From NCBI GenBank assembly GCA_031422315.1, contig JANOQN010000068.1, positions 211,928 through 275,927 of the forward strand: a stretch of DNA of 64,000 nucleotides. Reading direction: 5' to 3'. A model generated the notes under the pieces. That model did no database searches. It saw nothing but the letters and a program-made list of their open reading frames with translations, and was not told the origin of the DNA. Numbering within the stretch: the first letter of the stretch is position 1; every line of letters begins with the position of its first letter. The DNA is from Rhodanobacteraceae bacterium. GTDB lineage: Bacteria > Pseudomonadota > Gammaproteobacteria > Xanthomonadales > SZUA-5. Both the position numbers and the translations under genes were made by a program. Positions 1 through 10,545 of the stretch are shown here, piece by piece.

Positions 1-330
1 CAGCTCTTCAAGAAACAAATCGTTAGCTGGATGCGCGCGACGAATACCGCCGCCTGTCACCTCAATTGGCCCAAGTTCCTCCTCTGCATTATCTTGCGCA
101 AGCGCAATGCCGCTTGGCGCAACACCGATGGCGGCGGCCACGATTACGGTGTAGCGAACGCAAAGCGCGCCTGCTTTGCTGAGCAATGATCGCTCTTGCT
201 CGCTCGTGTAAGCGCACAAATTATGGACATCAGTTTTGCAAATGCTGCAGTGCGCTATTTTTTGCCCTTCGGCAAAAATAGGTAGTTGCGGGCAAACAAA
301 ATCAAGCGCGGGGCGGTGGCGTAGTTTCAT
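1..330 (-). CDS. Hypothetical Cys-rich protein, N-terminal 110 codons only (gene runs off left edge)
   Basis: ATG 330..328 preceded by GGAGA; frame open to position 1. Reads MKLRHRPALDFVCPQLPIFAEGQKIAHCSICKTDVHNLC... then hydrophobic VIVAAAIGVA. Family not recognised. Confidence 0.45.
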   Translation of the reverse strand, partial: MKLRHRPALDFVCPQLPIFAEGQKIAHCSICKTDVHNLCAYTSEQERSLLSKAGALCVRYTVIVAAAIGVAPSGIALAQDNAEEELGPIEVTGGGIRRAHPANDLFLEEL

Positions 331-497
331 TTTGCGTCTCCATCGGTGGCGGGCAAGTCCAAAGATTTTTCTCTGCGCGTTAGGCAAGCATGAAAATGTA
401 CTGTTCAAAGGCTCCGAATCAACTTAACAGTAAATTTTAGCCAGCGCCATATATAAAGCCATGCTAAATTTACGCGATAAAATTAAAAGAGAATTTC

Positions 498-3368
498 ATG
501 CGAAAAATCATGGCCGCGGGTTTACTGAGCTGGCTAGCGCTTAACTGTCTAGCCAATGATTCAACGGCAAACAATGATGCAATGATTGCAGCCAACGCGC
601 AGCCATCAACAGGCTTGCTACGCGTGCCGAATCGCCAGCTCAGAAGGCTGACTGACACCACGTTGGTCATCGAGTATTACGAAAGCTTTGCCCTTTTGAA
701 AGGAACAGTGGCGGAGCTTGAAGCAATCAAGACACAGCTGCTGGGTGCAGAAATTCTAGAAGGCGGCTATCAGCTTGCGTTGCCGAGCGATAGCTTAGCA
801 AGCGATCCACAATTGCGGCAGCCTTGGGATAGGAACCAGCGCAGTGAATTTGCCCCAGAAGAAGTTTATCTCGTGCAATTTCACGGCCCGAGTAAATCGC
901 AGTGGTTGGCGCAGCTGAGCGCACAGGGCGTCGAAGCGTTTCAATACATCCATCCGTATACGTATTTGGTGTGGAATCGCTCGGGTCAGTTGGCACAAGC
1001 GGCGCGCGGACTAAATTCTGTGCGCTGGGTGGGCGAATATCCGCGCTCTGCCAAATTGGCGTTTGAACCGCCCGCGCGGGCCGATGCCAGCACCCTTTGG
1101 CGCGTGGTGGCTTATCGCGGTGCAAAGCTTGCGCGCGCGGCATTGGAAGGCGCTGGCGCACAGGTTCAAGATTCCGCTGCGATTGATGCAGTTATGGAAA
1201 ACTGGATTATTAACGCACCGCTGGAATCGCTCGCCGCCATTGCCGAGCTGCCCGGCGTTCTGAGCGTGCAAGATGTGCCGACCAACGGCGGCAATCGCGG
1301 GGAAATTGCGGCGCAGCAATTTGCTGCAAACGTTATCAACAACCAGCCTCAGTTAGGCTATACCGATTGGCTAGCAGGGTTTGGATTGAACGGCACGGGT
1401 GTGTTACTGGCCAATGTAGATAGTGGGCTGGATCAAAATCATCCTGATCTGATCAGCAGAATTGTTCCCTGCATAAGTACGACCTGCGTTTCCGCGACCA
1501 ATTCTTCGCACGGCACCCATACCGCTGGCGCTATGGTGGCGAATGGTGCCACCGGCACACGCGATGTACGTGGGTTTCTAAGGGGATTGGGCGCTGCACC
1601 GGGTGCCAAAATTATCGAGCAAACCTACCCTGGGTTCTTCAATCAAGCGGGCGGCATGCTGCTGCTGATGCGTGATTCCGCTAGTAATTCGGCGTATTTA
1701 TCCAGCAATAGCTGGGGTCCATCAGGTTTGCCGCGCGGTTACGATGCGCAAACTCGGCAAGTCGACGTCGGAACCCGCGATACCGATCCCAATCTGCCGG
1801 GCGATCAACCACTGCTGTTCGTGGTATCCATCATGAACGGTAATGGCGGCGTATCCACGCAGGGCACGCCAGATGAAGCTAAGAACGTGCTGGTTGTGGG
1901 TTCCACCCATTCGCAAACCAGTGGAGGCGTGCCGCTCGCTACCTGGCAAAGTGTTTCCGCCAACTCAGGCCATGGGCCAGCATTAGATGGTCGGATTATT
2001 CCGCATGTGTTGGCTCCGGGCTGTTCAACGGATTCAACTGAGCAGGGCGGCACCTTTTCGCTGAAATGCGGCACGTCAATGGCATCTCCGCTAGTATCTG
2101 GCGGCTTGGGCGTTTTTCTTGAAGGCTACAAAAACCGCAATCAAAATCGCTTACCCAGCCCAGAGCTCGCAAAAGCATACGCGGCCGCTTCAAGCGCGGA
2201 TTTATTTGGCGGCTTGGACGCCGATAATGTCGCGCTGAGCCGAAGGCCCAACGCCAAGCAAGGTTTTGGCGCGCTGCGCTTAAATGCCATGCTAGAGCAG
2301 CTTGATAACACAGTGTTTATCGATCGGCCTGTGGTTTTTACCGAAGCCGGGCAAAGCCAGAAAATTCGTTTGAGCATCAAGGACTCCACTAAGCCGGTCA
2401 AGTTGATGCTGGCATACACCGACGCGCCAGGCGCGGGCACCTGCGCCAGCAGTACCTGCACCACGCCGGCCTGGGTCAATGATTTGGACTTGCAGGTGCG
2501 TTTGGATACTCAACTTTGGCTTGGCAATGTGTTCGGTGCAGATGGCAATTCGCAAGTCGGCGGCAGCGCCGATCAGCGCAATAACTTAGAGCTAGTTGCG
2601 CTTCCAGCTGGGCTCAGCGGAACGATGGAGGTGGATGTATTCGCCGCCAATATCGCAGGCGATGCGCTGCCCAATAGCGCTGGTGTATTGCAGCAAGACT
2701 ACGCATTGGTGTGCGTGAACTGCAAAATTGCGCAGAGTTTTACCGTCAGCCAAGCCTCCAGCACGGAAACCAGCGTGTGCGCTCGGAGCGCTGTGAGCCC
2801 GCCAGCAGTGACGTTTAACGTAATCACTGATGCTGGATTTAGCAACACGCTAACTGCTAGCTTGCAAACACCGCTACCGCAAGGCTTTGCGCTTAGCGTT
2901 TCCCCAACGAGCTTCATTGCACCAGCAAGCCTCAGCGTTTCAGGAACAATTGATAGCACGGCTCAGAGCGGCTTGCAGGTCGTGACTTTACGGATCGCGA
3001 ATGGCGCAGATGAATCGCTACGCACCTTCAACTATCGGGTGTCAGTCGCTGCTCCGGCAGTGCCTGGAGCGCTCGCACTGCTTCCGGGTGTTTCGCCCCT
3101 GCTACCCAATTTCAGTTGGGCGGTGCAATCCGGTGCCACAGGTTTTGAATTACAGATCTCTCGCACTGCAGATTTTGCCAATCCTGCCAGCATTGAATTG
3201 GCAGGCGCACTCACGCAGTGGCAGCCCGAGATTGCGCTTAGTGCAGAAACTTCTTATTTCTGGCGCATGCGTGCGATTGGGGTTTGTGGCTCAAGTAGTT
3301 ATAGCGCAGGACAAGCGTTGAATACGGGTACGTCTGGCGTTTTGGTTAATGGGTTTGAGGAGTATTGA
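498..3368 (+). CDS. Secreted subtilisin-family (S8) serine protease with C-terminal FN3-like region
   Basis: Signal peptide MRKIMAAGLLSWLALNCLA. Catalytic motifs VDSGLDQNHPDL (Asp), HGTHTAG (His), GTSMASPLVSG (Ser). 956-codon uninterrupted ORF. Confidence 0.9.
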   Translation: MRKIMAAGLLSWLALNCLANDSTANNDAMIAANAQPSTGLLRVPNRQLRRLTDTTLVIEYYESFALLKGTVAELEAIKTQLLGAEILEGGYQLALPSDSLASDPQLRQPWDRNQRSEFAPEEVYLVQFHGPSKSQWLAQLSAQGVEAFQYIHPYTYLVWNRSGQLAQAARGLNSVRWVGEYPRSAKLAFEPPARADASTLWRVVAYRGAKLARAALEGAGAQVQDSAAIDAVMENWIINAPLESLAAIAELPGVLSVQDVPTNGGNRGEIAAQQFAANVINNQPQLGYTDWLAGFGLNGTGVLLANVDSGLDQNHPDLISRIVPCISTTCVSATNSSHGTHTAGAMVANGATGTRDVRGFLRGLGAAPGAKIIEQTYPGFFNQAGGMLLLMRDSASNSAYLSSNSWGPSGLPRGYDAQTRQVDVGTRDTDPNLPGDQPLLFVVSIMNGNGGVSTQGTPDEAKNVLVVGSTHSQTSGGVPLATWQSVSANSGHGPALDGRIIPHVLAPGCSTDSTEQGGTFSLKCGTSMASPLVSGGLGVFLEGYKNRNQNRLPSPELAKAYAAASSADLFGGLDADNVALSRRPNAKQGFGALRLNAMLEQLDNTVFIDRPVVFTEAGQSQKIRLSIKDSTKPVKLMLAYTDAPGAGTCASSTCTTPAWVNDLDLQVRLDTQLWLGNVFGADGNSQVGGSADQRNNLELVALPAGLSGTMEVDVFAANIAGDALPNSAGVLQQDYALVCVNCKIAQSFTVSQASSTETSVCARSAVSPPAVTFNVITDAGFSNTLTASLQTPLPQGFALSVSPTSFIAPASLSVSGTIDSTAQSGLQVVTLRIANGADESLRTFNYRVSVAAPAVPGALALLPGVSPLLPNFSWAVQSGATGFELQISRTADFANPASIELAGALTQWQPEIALSAETSYFWRMRAIGVCGSSSYSAGQALNTGTSGVLVNGFEEY

Positions 3369-3504
3369 GGCGTGCGCTCAATGATGAGTTGATTTGACCG
3401 CAATTCTTAGAGCAGCCAATCTGAACTGAGGGTTTAGCTTACACTCCCGAATCACCCTTTGTATCTCACGCTCATGCTTCAAGTCTCAAGTCGTTGCTAA
3501 AACA

Positions 3505-3538
3505 AAAAAACCAGCGATATTAAAGTTGCTGGTTTTTT
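3505..3538. terminator. Bidirectional intrinsic terminator
   Basis: Perfect 11-bp stem AAAAAACCAGC / GCTGGTTTTTT with 12-nt loop. A-run on one side and T-run on the other, between the convergent protease and glyA genes. Confidence 0.8.
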
Positions 3539-3574
3539 CTTTTGTCAACGAGATGTATGAGTCTTGCTTTTGGA

Positions 3575-4828
3575 CTACTTCTGATACACCGGAAACTGCC
3601 GACATTGCAGCGTTACGTTCTCTCGCACGCCATCGATGACACGCGCATCGGTTGGGTTGTCAAGCACATCAGCGATCCAGTGCGCTAGCGCCGTGGCATC
3701 GGCTTCCAAGTAGCCGCGCGTAGTAATGGCCGGTGTGCCAATGCGAAGGCCGGAAGTAATTGCGGGCGGGCGAGGGTCGTTCGGAACGGCGTTTTTATTG
3801 ACGGTAATATGAGCGTGGCCAAGTGCGATTTCAGCATCTTGCCCGGTGACTTCTTTGCCGACCATGCTGAGTAGAAACAAGTGGTTTTCTGTTCCGCCAG
3901 AAACGATCTTGTAGCCGCGTTGGATCAGCACTTTTGCCATTGCCTGCGCGTTTTTAATGACTTGCGCTTGATAGCTTTTGAATTCTGGCTGTAGCGCTTC
4001 TAAAAAAGCCACCGCTTTGGCGGCGATCACGTGCATCAGCGGGCCGCCCTGCGTACCCGGGAATACCATGGACTGAAATTTCTTTTCAATCGCTGGGTTG
4101 GATTTGCAAATGATGATGCCGCCGCGCGGGCCGCGCAGGGTTTTGTGGGTGGTGGACGTGACCACATCAGCATGCGGAACCGGATTGGGGTAAACACCGG
4201 CGGCAACCAAACCGGCCACGTGGGCCATATCGACTAGAAAGTATGCGCCGACGCTTTTGGCAATCGCTGCCAAGCGTTCCCAGTCCATGATTTGCGAATA
4301 AGCTGAAAAACCAGCCACCAGCATTTTGGGCTTGTGTTCGATGGCCAAACGCTCGACCTGTGCATAATCCAGCAGCTCATTCTCATCTAAGCCGTATTGC
4401 ACGGCGTTGAAAATTTTGCCGGAAAAATTCACTTTTGCGCCGTGGGTCAAATGCCCGCCATGCGCTAGGCTCATGCCCAAAATGGTGTCACCGGGTTTCA
4501 AAAGCGCTAGGTAAACCGCGGCGTTGGCCTGTGAGCCTGAATGCGGCTGTACGTTGGCGTAGTCTGCTCCGAACAGCGCTTTGGCGCGCGCGATAGCCAG
4601 CGTTTCCGCAATGTCAACATGCTCACAGCCACCGTAATAGCGCTTGCCTGGGTAGCCTTCGGCGTATTTATTGGTCATTTGTCCGCCTTGCGCTTCCATG
4701 ACGCGCGGGCTAGCGTAATTTTCCGAAGCAATCAGCTCAACATGATCTTCTTGGCGTTGATCTTCAGCGGCAATTGCTGCCGCCAATTCGGGGTCAAATT
4801 CTGCAATTGTCATTGATTTAGGGTACAT
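3575..4828 (-). CDS. glyA: Serine hydroxymethyltransferase
   Basis: [18 protein letters not shown]-lysine motif [18 protein letters not shown] 6 nt upstream of ATG 4828. Confidence 0.97.
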   Translation of the reverse strand: MYPKSMTIAEFDPELAAAIAAEDQRQEDHVELIASENYASPRVMEAQGGQMTNKYAEGYPGKRYYGGCEHVDIAETLAIARAKALFGADYANVQPHSGSQANAAVYLALLKPGDTILGMSLAHGGHLTHGAKVNFSGKIFNAVQYGLDENELLDYAQVERLAIEHKPKMLVAGFSAYSQIMDWERLAAIAKSVGAYFLVDMAHVAGLVAAGVYPNPVPHADVVTSTTHKTLRGPRGGIIICKSNPAIEKKFQSMVFPGTQGGPLMHVIAAKAVAFLEALQPEFKSYQAQVIKNAQAMAKVLIQRGYKIVSGGTENHLFLLSMVGKEVTGQDAEIALGHAHITVNKNAVPNDPRPPAITSGLRIGTPAITTRGYLEADATALAHWIADVLDNPTDARVIDGVRENVTLQCRQFPVYQK

Positions 4829-4916
4829 GGCTGGCCTCGGTTTCTCTGATTGATGTTTGGCTTTTATGGTAACGGGTAATGCTGATCGGGCTAAATAATT
4901 GCAGGTCTGGTGGCTT

Positions 4917-5057
4917 CACCTCGTCATTCCCGCGAAGGCGGGAATCCAGGTTCCACAAATGCTCGGTGAATATTGAACTATTTTGACCTCATTGCTCCTA
5001 CAAACGTTTGGCGAACATTGACACCTTAGCGTCATCCCCGCCTGCGCGGGGATGACG
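4917..5057. repeat. Compound REP/MITE-like element (GTCAT[T/C]CCCGC hairpin family), copy 1
   Basis: Left arm CGTCATTCCCGCGAAGGCGGGAATCCAGG (4922-4950), right arm GCGTCATCCCCGCCTGCGCGGGGATGACG (5029-5057). Each arm is itself an 8-11-bp hairpin. Intergenic between the metH-N stop and the glyA start. Confidence 0.85.
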
Positions 5058-5132
5058 TTAAGATGTTGCCAACCTTCTAGCGAAATAACGTTTTAACTGC
5101 GTGTATCTTGCCCGAATTTTCATCCGACGCCT

Positions 5133-6164
5133 CTACGCAACCTCAACTAAACGCGGCGCAATTCCCGCCAGTGACTCAGCAATCACACGAATATGCTCTG
5201 GCGTAGTTCCGCAGCAGCCGCCAACAATATTGACCAGTCCACTTTGTGCGAATTCTTTGAGTACGCGTGCCATATCTTCAGCGCTTTCATCATAGCCGCC
5301 AAACGCGTTTGGTAAGCCGGCGTTCGGGTGCGTGCTGATCAGCGTGGCGGGTGCGGCTAGGCCAAGCTCTTCAATGTACGGGCGCAAATCCTCCGCACCT
5401 AGTGCGCAATTCAAACCAATCGAAAAAGGCCTGCTGTGCAACACTGAATAGGCAAAGGCTTCGGCAGTTTGGCCCGATAGCGTACGGCCGGATTTATCGG
5501 TAATGGTGCCAGAAATCATGACCGGCACACGCCAGCCTTTTTCCGCGTAAAGCTGATCCAGCGCATACAGCGCGGCTTTGGCATTGAGGGTATCGAACAC
5601 GGTTTCAACCATAATGACATCCGAGCCGCCTTCAATCAGCGCCAATGCGGCTTGTTTGTAGCTCACTGCAAGTTCGTCAAAACTCACTGCGCGGAAGCCT
5701 GGATTATTAACATCCGGAGAGATTGATGCGGTGCGATTAGTCGGCCCCAACACGCCCATAACAAAGCGCGGTTTTTCTGGCGTTTGCTCGGTTTTGCGAT
5801 CCGCTAGTTCGCGCGCCAGGCGTGCGCCTTCAAAATTAAGCTCGGTCACCAAATCTTCCATGTGGTAATCGGCTTGAGAAATTGTTGTGGCGTTAAACGT
5901 ATTGGTTTCCAAAAAATCTGCGCCGGCATCTAGATAAGCTTGATGCACCGCTTGCAGGATTTTCGGCTGCGATAAAATCAGCAAATCATTATTGCCTTTG
6001 ACTTCATGGCTGAAATCCTTAAAGCGTTCACCACGATAGCCCGCTTCGTCCAGCTGATAGCTTTGCAACATCGATCCGTATGCGCCATCAATAAACATAA
6101 TACGCTGGCTGGCGGATTTGAAAAGTAGCTCGGCTCGGGCCGGATCAAAATAAGGTAGGGGCAT
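5133..6164 (-). CDS. metH: Stand-alone homocysteine-binding (S-methyltransferase) domain of cobalamin-dependent methionine synthase
   Basis: Zinc-ligand motifs GLNCALG and [25 protein letters not shown]-terminus. Stops at 5133 with no pterin or B12 modules downstream. ATG 6164 chosen; the ORF-track TTG 6188 is also possible. Confidence 0.85.
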   Translation of the reverse strand: MPLPYFDPARAELLFKSASQRIMFIDGAYGSMLQSYQLDEAGYRGERFKDFSHEVKGNNDLLILSQPKILQAVHQAYLDAGADFLETNTFNATTISQADYHMEDLVTELNFEGARLARELADRKTEQTPEKPRFVMGVLGPTNRTASISPDVNNPGFRAVSFDELAVSYKQAALALIEGGSDVIMVETVFDTLNAKAALYALDQLYAEKGWRVPVMISGTITDKSGRTLSGQTAEAFAYSVLHSRPFSIGLNCALGAEDLRPYIEELGLAAPATLISTHPNAGLPNAFGGYDESAEDMARVLKEFAQSGLVNIVGGCCGTTPEHIRVIAESLAGIAPRLVEVA

Positions 6165-6194
6165 CGTTAGTCCAGTAGCGTTAATCAAATCAGG

Positions 6195-7121
6195 TTAGTT
6201 AAATTCGTTCGGCATGAACATTGGGCGCGTTGCGGTGAACACTAGAACCTCAAAATGCGGCGGTTTGCGTTCCCGCGTCGCGATATTGACGCGCACGTCG
6301 TCAAAGCCCGCGTTGGTAAGTAAGGTTGCAAGTGCCTCAAGCGTAAATCCGCAGTTTTTATGCCCATACGGCGCGACGATGTCTTCAAAATTGTGCGCCG
6401 CAATCGCGGTGCCGACGACTCGACCGTGGTATCTAAGTACGCGCGCTATTTCGGCGAAGAGCTTCTCTGGCGCGTCCGAGTAGGGCAGGGCTTGCAGCAA
6501 GATGACCTCGGTAAAGGTTGCGTCTGGCAAGTTCAGTGCGTGCATGTCACCGACTTCGACCTTAGCGTTATCAAAGCGGGCCAGCCGCTTGCGCGCTGCA
6601 TCAACCACGCGTTGGCTATGGTCAATACAGGTGACGGAATTCGCGCGGCTAGCGAGCAACTCGGCCAAAACCCCATCGCCACTGGCTAGATCAAGCACGT
6701 CGCGCAATTCACACATCCCTAGCAGCGCGTGCGTAAGCGCTTCCCAGGTGCGCCCGGGGGAATAATGGCGCTCCATATCGCCGGCCACGCTATCGGCCCA
6801 GCTGTTGCTGTCTTCACGTGCGCGCAGCAGCTTTTGCATGCGTTCGGTATCGGCAAGCAGCGTTGGATCATGCGTGCTGGAACTGATCGCTTGAATCATC
6901 GCCTGCTCGGCGCCGCTTAATTCAGTGGCGCTGAAGCGATAGAAAGCCTGCACGCCGCGGCGCCGGTCGGTCACTAATTTGGCTTCTTTTAACTTTGCCA
7001 AGTGGGTAGACACGCGCGGCTGCTTCAAATCGGTAATTGCGGAAAGCTCCGCCACGGTTAGCTCTTCTTGCTGCAAAAGCGCGATCAACCGCAGCCGAGA
7101 AGGCTCAGCCAGTAGCTTCAA
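6195..7121 (-). CDS. sahR: SahR-like regulator: ArsR/SmtB wHTH fused to a SAM-methyltransferase-like sensor domain
   Basis: N-terminus LRLIALLQQEELTVAELSAITDLKQPRVSTHLAKLKEAKLV (ArsR HTH). MTase motif I VLDLASGDG. Lies 6 nt upstream of the metH fragment. TTG start. Confidence 0.8.
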   Translation of the reverse strand: MKLLAEPSRLRLIALLQQEELTVAELSAITDLKQPRVSTHLAKLKEAKLVTDRRRGVQAFYRFSATELSGAEQAMIQAISSSTHDPTLLADTERMQKLLRAREDSNSWADSVAGDMERHYSPGRTWEALTHALLGMCELRDVLDLASGDGVLAELLASRANSVTCIDHSQRVVDAARKRLARFDNAKVEVGDMHALNLPDATFTEVILLQALPYSDAPEKLFAEIARVLRYHGRVVGTAIAAHNFEDIVAPYGHKNCGFTLEALATLLTNAGFDDVRVNIATRERKPPHFEVLVFTATRPMFMPNEFN

Positions 7122-7154
7122 TAAATCAGAGCAGGCATCGAGTCGGATGGATAT

Positions 7155-7174
7155 ATCTCTTTATCGCGATAGAT
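7155..7174. promoter_or_regulatory. Candidate SahR-type operator (imperfect palindrome)
   Basis: ATCTctTTATCG|CGATAGAT centred on the perfect palindrome TATCGCGATA (7162-7171), 34-53 nt upstream of the sahR-like start. Confidence 0.4.
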
Positions 7175-7223
7175 TGATGGAAGGATAGAGTTGATTGCGC
7201 GTGCGGTCAACTTCAATTACACC

Positions 7224-8438
7224 CTAATTCGAAACCTTAATCGCCTGTACGCCGAGTTCGCGTGCGTCATAGATGCTGATGATTTGATAATCGTGATTGT
7301 CAGCCTGATCAAACTTGGCTCTGGCGGCGTTGAATTGGCGTTCGGCGAGTGCAACGGATTCGGCAAACACGGCGAATTCGGGCAGTAGTTCCGCAGGCAC
7401 CTGGGTTTGCAGCTCAGCAAGCGCATTTTCACCCGCTTCGGAAATGTCGACGTCCATCGGCATTTGCCCGAGTAAGCTGACATCTAAAAACCCGAGCGCA
7501 GATTTGGATTCGTCTAGGTAAAATCCTAAAAACATATGCCCGGGCACAACAACCAAAACCGGATCAATGCCGGCGCGGATCAAAGCAGCAGCGAGCAAAA
7601 CCGAGCCATCTACACAATTCACCACGCGCTGTTTCCAACTTTCGTCCGGAAAGCGCACGCGTTGTGACAGCATTTTGGGGTGCGTGCTGACATTTTTGCT
7701 GGTGCCTAAGTAACGTACGCCGCGATTTTGCAGTGCTTGCCAGAGTGCAAAAGCTTGCAAGTAAACCGCGTCAGGACCTGCAGCATAGCCGTCAAAGCGA
7801 TCTACGATAGCCAGCTTTTGCGCCGCTGACATCAAACGCTTTACCGCTTGACTTTGCTCGTCAACATAGGCGGCAAAGATCCAGTTAAAATCTAAATCAT
7901 CGCTTGATTTATTCGGCAGATCGCCTTCGATGTATACCAGCGCATCATTCAAGCCGTGTACCGTTGCGTCGATAGTACGAAGCTGCGGCGGGGCCGCATC
8001 AAATTGCACGCTAAATTCTAGCTTACGGCGCTGTGGGCTGTTGATCGCTTTTAACGCCAGCAAACGCCAGCTCAGCGGGGGGAATATTCGATGCTCGGTG
8101 CCCGCACTTGGCAGTGCAATCACAGTTTCGCCCAACAGCAATTCAGGCTCAGAGATGCGTAGTTTAATGTTTACCAGCGGGCTGCCTTTGCGTTTTGGCA
8201 GCTTAACGCGCACGCCGATTAAGCCCTCGATTACATTTTGGCCCATGGTTTCAAATTGCGACGCATTGGCGTGCGTGCGGGGGCTCAAGGCTTCGGCGGT
8301 AATTTGAAAAGCAGGATAGATATGCTCGTAGGGTTCAATTATCGGCGCCCAAGTTGGGCTTGAAACTTGACGCGTTTGCGCGCCAGCTTCAAGCGCGCTG
8401 CTAAACCAGAAAATGAGTAAAAGCCGACCGTATCGCAT
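7224..8438 (-). CDS. Secreted hypothetical protein with transglutaminase-like Cys-His-Asp core (tentative)
   Basis: Signal peptide MRYGRLLLIFWFSSALEAGA. C-terminal NCVDGSVLLAAALIRAGI...PGHMFLGFYLD resembles the transglutaminase-like cysteine peptidase core. TGATG overlap with the upstream gene. Confidence 0.6.
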   Translation of the reverse strand: MRYGRLLLIFWFSSALEAGAQTRQVSSPTWAPIIEPYEHIYPAFQITAEALSPRTHANASQFETMGQNVIEGLIGVRVKLPKRKGSPLVNIKLRISEPELLLGETVIALPSAGTEHRIFPPLSWRLLALKAINSPQRRKLEFSVQFDAAPPQLRTIDATVHGLNDALVYIEGDLPNKSSDDLDFNWIFAAYVDEQSQAVKRLMSAAQKLAIVDRFDGYAAGPDAVYLQAFALWQALQNRGVRYLGTSKNVSTHPKMLSQRVRFPDESWKQRVVNCVDGSVLLAAALIRAGIDPVLVVVPGHMFLGFYLDESKSALGFLDVSLLGQMPMDVDISEAGENALAELQTQVPAELLPEFAVFAESVALAERQFNAARAKFDQADNHDYQIISIYDARELGVQAIKVSN

Positions 8439-9541
8439 CAAGCGCTGTTTCGCAGCGCGCGCTGCGCATGAATGATGCGCGCCAATACGTCCGGCGCGAA
8501 ATCAAAGGAATCGTAATAAAGTCGGTCCTCTGGTAGTTCAGCGGCAAGCAGTGCGGGCCTGGCGCTGGCTATCATGGCTGGCGGGCCGCTCATATAGACA
8601 TCCACCGAGCTTAAATCCGGCAAATCTTCCAGCAGGCATTCGTGCAAAGAACCATAGCGCATTGCGAAATCAACCTGTTCACTCAGAACCGGTGTGAACT
8701 GGAAGTTCGGTGCTTGCGCTTTGAACTGCGCAATGGCTGCTGGCAAGTACAAATCGGCGGTTTCCCGCACGCCCCAATAGAGCCGCAGCGAGCGCTGTGG
8801 ATTGGTGGCGCAGTAATGCTCAAGCAGCGCTTTGATCGGCGCAAATCCGGTTCCACCCGCTAAAAACACCAGCGGACGATCTGAGTCGGCACGAGGTACA
8901 AAGGTGCCGTGCGGAAGATCCAAGGTAAAATGATCACCGACTTGGCCATTTTCAAACAGGCTTTGGGTAAAGCCACCGCCCGCCACTTTGCGCACGTGGA
9001 GTTCAATCAAGCCATCCGCGCGCGGCGCGCAGGCAATTGAAAAAGGGCGACGCTTGCCATCGGCCAGTATGAATTCTAAATATTGACCTGCTAGATAAGT
9101 CACCGCAGTTTTAGGCAGCAGCATAATTCGCAGCACATCAGCCGCGAGCTGAGTTTTCTCAACTAATACCGCATCGCACTGCTGTACTTTTTGGCTCGCC
9201 ACCGCTTCAATATCTTTCAACGACAGCAGCATATCGGTCAGCGGCACGGCTTGGCAGGTCAGCGCATGATTCATGGCCTCACGCGGATTGAGCGCACTCT
9301 GCGGCAATTTGGGGTAGTGCCAGCTGCCACTTATAACTTTGGCTGCGCAAGAACCACAGCGTCCGCTCAAACAGCTGTACGGCAGCGCTAAACCGGCGCG
9401 TTTGCTGGCTTCCAATACGCTTTCTTGAGCGTTAACTGCGAACGCTTTGCCGCTGCCAGCGAGGGTGACGACGAAATCTGTTTGCGGTAAATCTGCAGCC
9501 AAAGCGATCAAGCCCGACGTGCTCAAATGCGATGTACTCAA
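8438..9541 (-). CDS. 2Fe-2S ferredoxin fused to FNR-type flavin reductase (AscD/Fre-like oxidoreductase)
   Basis: Plant-type cluster motif CLSGRCGSC...C, FAD motif RPFSIA, NAD motif GGTGFAPI. No ATG near the 5' end; TTG start(s), exact start uncertain. Confidence 0.85.
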   Translation of the reverse strand: MSTSHLSTSGLIALAADLPQTDFVVTLAGSGKAFAVNAQESVLEASKRAGLALPYSCLSGRCGSCAAKVISGSWHYPKLPQSALNPREAMNHALTCQAVPLTDMLLSLKDIEAVASQKVQQCDAVLVEKTQLAADVLRIMLLPKTAVTYLAGQYLEFILADGKRRPFSIACAPRADGLIELHVRKVAGGGFTQSLFENGQVGDHFTLDLPHGTFVPRADSDRPLVFLAGGTGFAPIKALLEHYCATNPQRSLRLYWGVRETADLYLPAAIAQFKAQAPNFQFTPVLSEQVDFAMRYGSLHECLLEDLPDLSSVDVYMSGPPAMIASARPALLAAELPEDRLYYDSFDFAPDVLARIIHAQRALRNSA

Positions 9542-9550
9542 GCGCTAAAC

Positions 9551-10510
9551 TCAACCATTGCGGCCAGCAACTAGCTTATCTTGCAGATCGCGCAGTGCAT
9601 CCCACTGGCCTTCAGCGCAAAGCCTTGCTTGCTGCGGCCAGGAACTTGGGTCGTGGATGCGATAGCGCTCGCCCGCGTCATGCAAAATCTGCTTCAAGCG
9701 GTTTATCGGCGCATCCGCAAGCTCAATAAATGTGCGTATGCCGCCTGCAAGCAGCAATTCATTGATCTTTGGGCCAATGCCCTCAACGACTTTCAAATCA
9801 TCCGGTTTGCCGGCGGCTTTCGGTTTAGCCTGCTGGCGCTGGCTATCCATCTCGCTGCGCAGCCGATCAAGCTCAGCCTGCATTGCATCTTTGCTGGCTA
9901 ACGCCGCAGATAATTCCGTGCGCGCGCCGATCAAATCGCCGCTCAAATCGTCAAACCGACTCGCTTGCGCGCGTAAGGTGCTTAGCTCAGCGTCACTGCC
10001 AATTTTACCCGCGCTCGCCTCTAATGCGCGGGTTTTTGCGGCGCACGCTTCAAGTTGACTTGTCAGTTCTAAAATTTGAGCGTTCAGCTCCGCAACTTTC
10101 CCGACATTGGCGTTCGCAGCAGCAAGCTCAGCGCGCAAACGCTCAAGCTGGGTCGGAAATGCGGCAGCTTCGGTTTTGAGCGCGCTCAATTCGCCCGCGC
10201 TGAATTCTATTTTTTGATGGCTTTCCGCCAGCTCAGTGCGGCCGCGATTGACATCGCCCTCCAGCGTGCTGATTCGCGAACCCATCGCCGTGTGCTCGGC
10301 GCGCACGCGGTCAAAGTCTGCTTCCAGCGTACGGCGGTGCCGCCGTTCTACTTCCAGTTCGCGATTTTGTGTTTCGATTTGCATGCGGCTAATGGCATAG
10401 CGCAGTAAATAGCCCAAAATAAACGCGCCGAGCAGCAGCAATAAAATCTCGAGAGTGTGGTTCCAAAGCCCCGCATTGCCAGGCCCGACCATGGGATTTT
10501 GCTCGTACAT
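9551..10510 (-). CDS. Membrane-anchored coiled-coil protein with C-terminal helix-hairpin-helix-like domain
   Basis: AGGAG SD before ATG 10510. One TM (LEILLLLLGAFILGYLL), about 200 aa of heptad-rich A/E/L/R sequence. C-terminus DDLKVVEGIGPKINELLLAGGIRTFIELA. Confidence 0.7.
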   Translation of the reverse strand: MYEQNPMVGPGNAGLWNHTLEILLLLLGAFILGYLLRYAISRMQIETQNRELEVERRHRRTLEADFDRVRAEHTAMGSRISTLEGDVNRGRTELAESHQKIEFSAGELSALKTEAAAFPTQLERLRAELAAANANVGKVAELNAQILELTSQLEACAAKTRALEASAGKIGSDAELSTLRAQASRFDDLSGDLIGARTELSAALASKDAMQAELDRLRSEMDSQRQQAKPKAAGKPDDLKVVEGIGPKINELLLAGGIRTFIELADAPINRLKQILHDAGERYRIHDPSSWPQQARLCAEGQWDALRDLQDKLVAGRNG

Positions 10511-10545
10511 TGGCTTTCTCCTAAAAGTTAAACTTCATCGCTTTG

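Noticed and set aside
5133-6188. The MetH fragment as a pseudogene or truncation.
   Set aside because: The Hcy-binding barrel is complete, with all zinc-ligand cysteines and a clean stop. Split metH genes are known. I treat it as a functional module whose partner is elsewhere.
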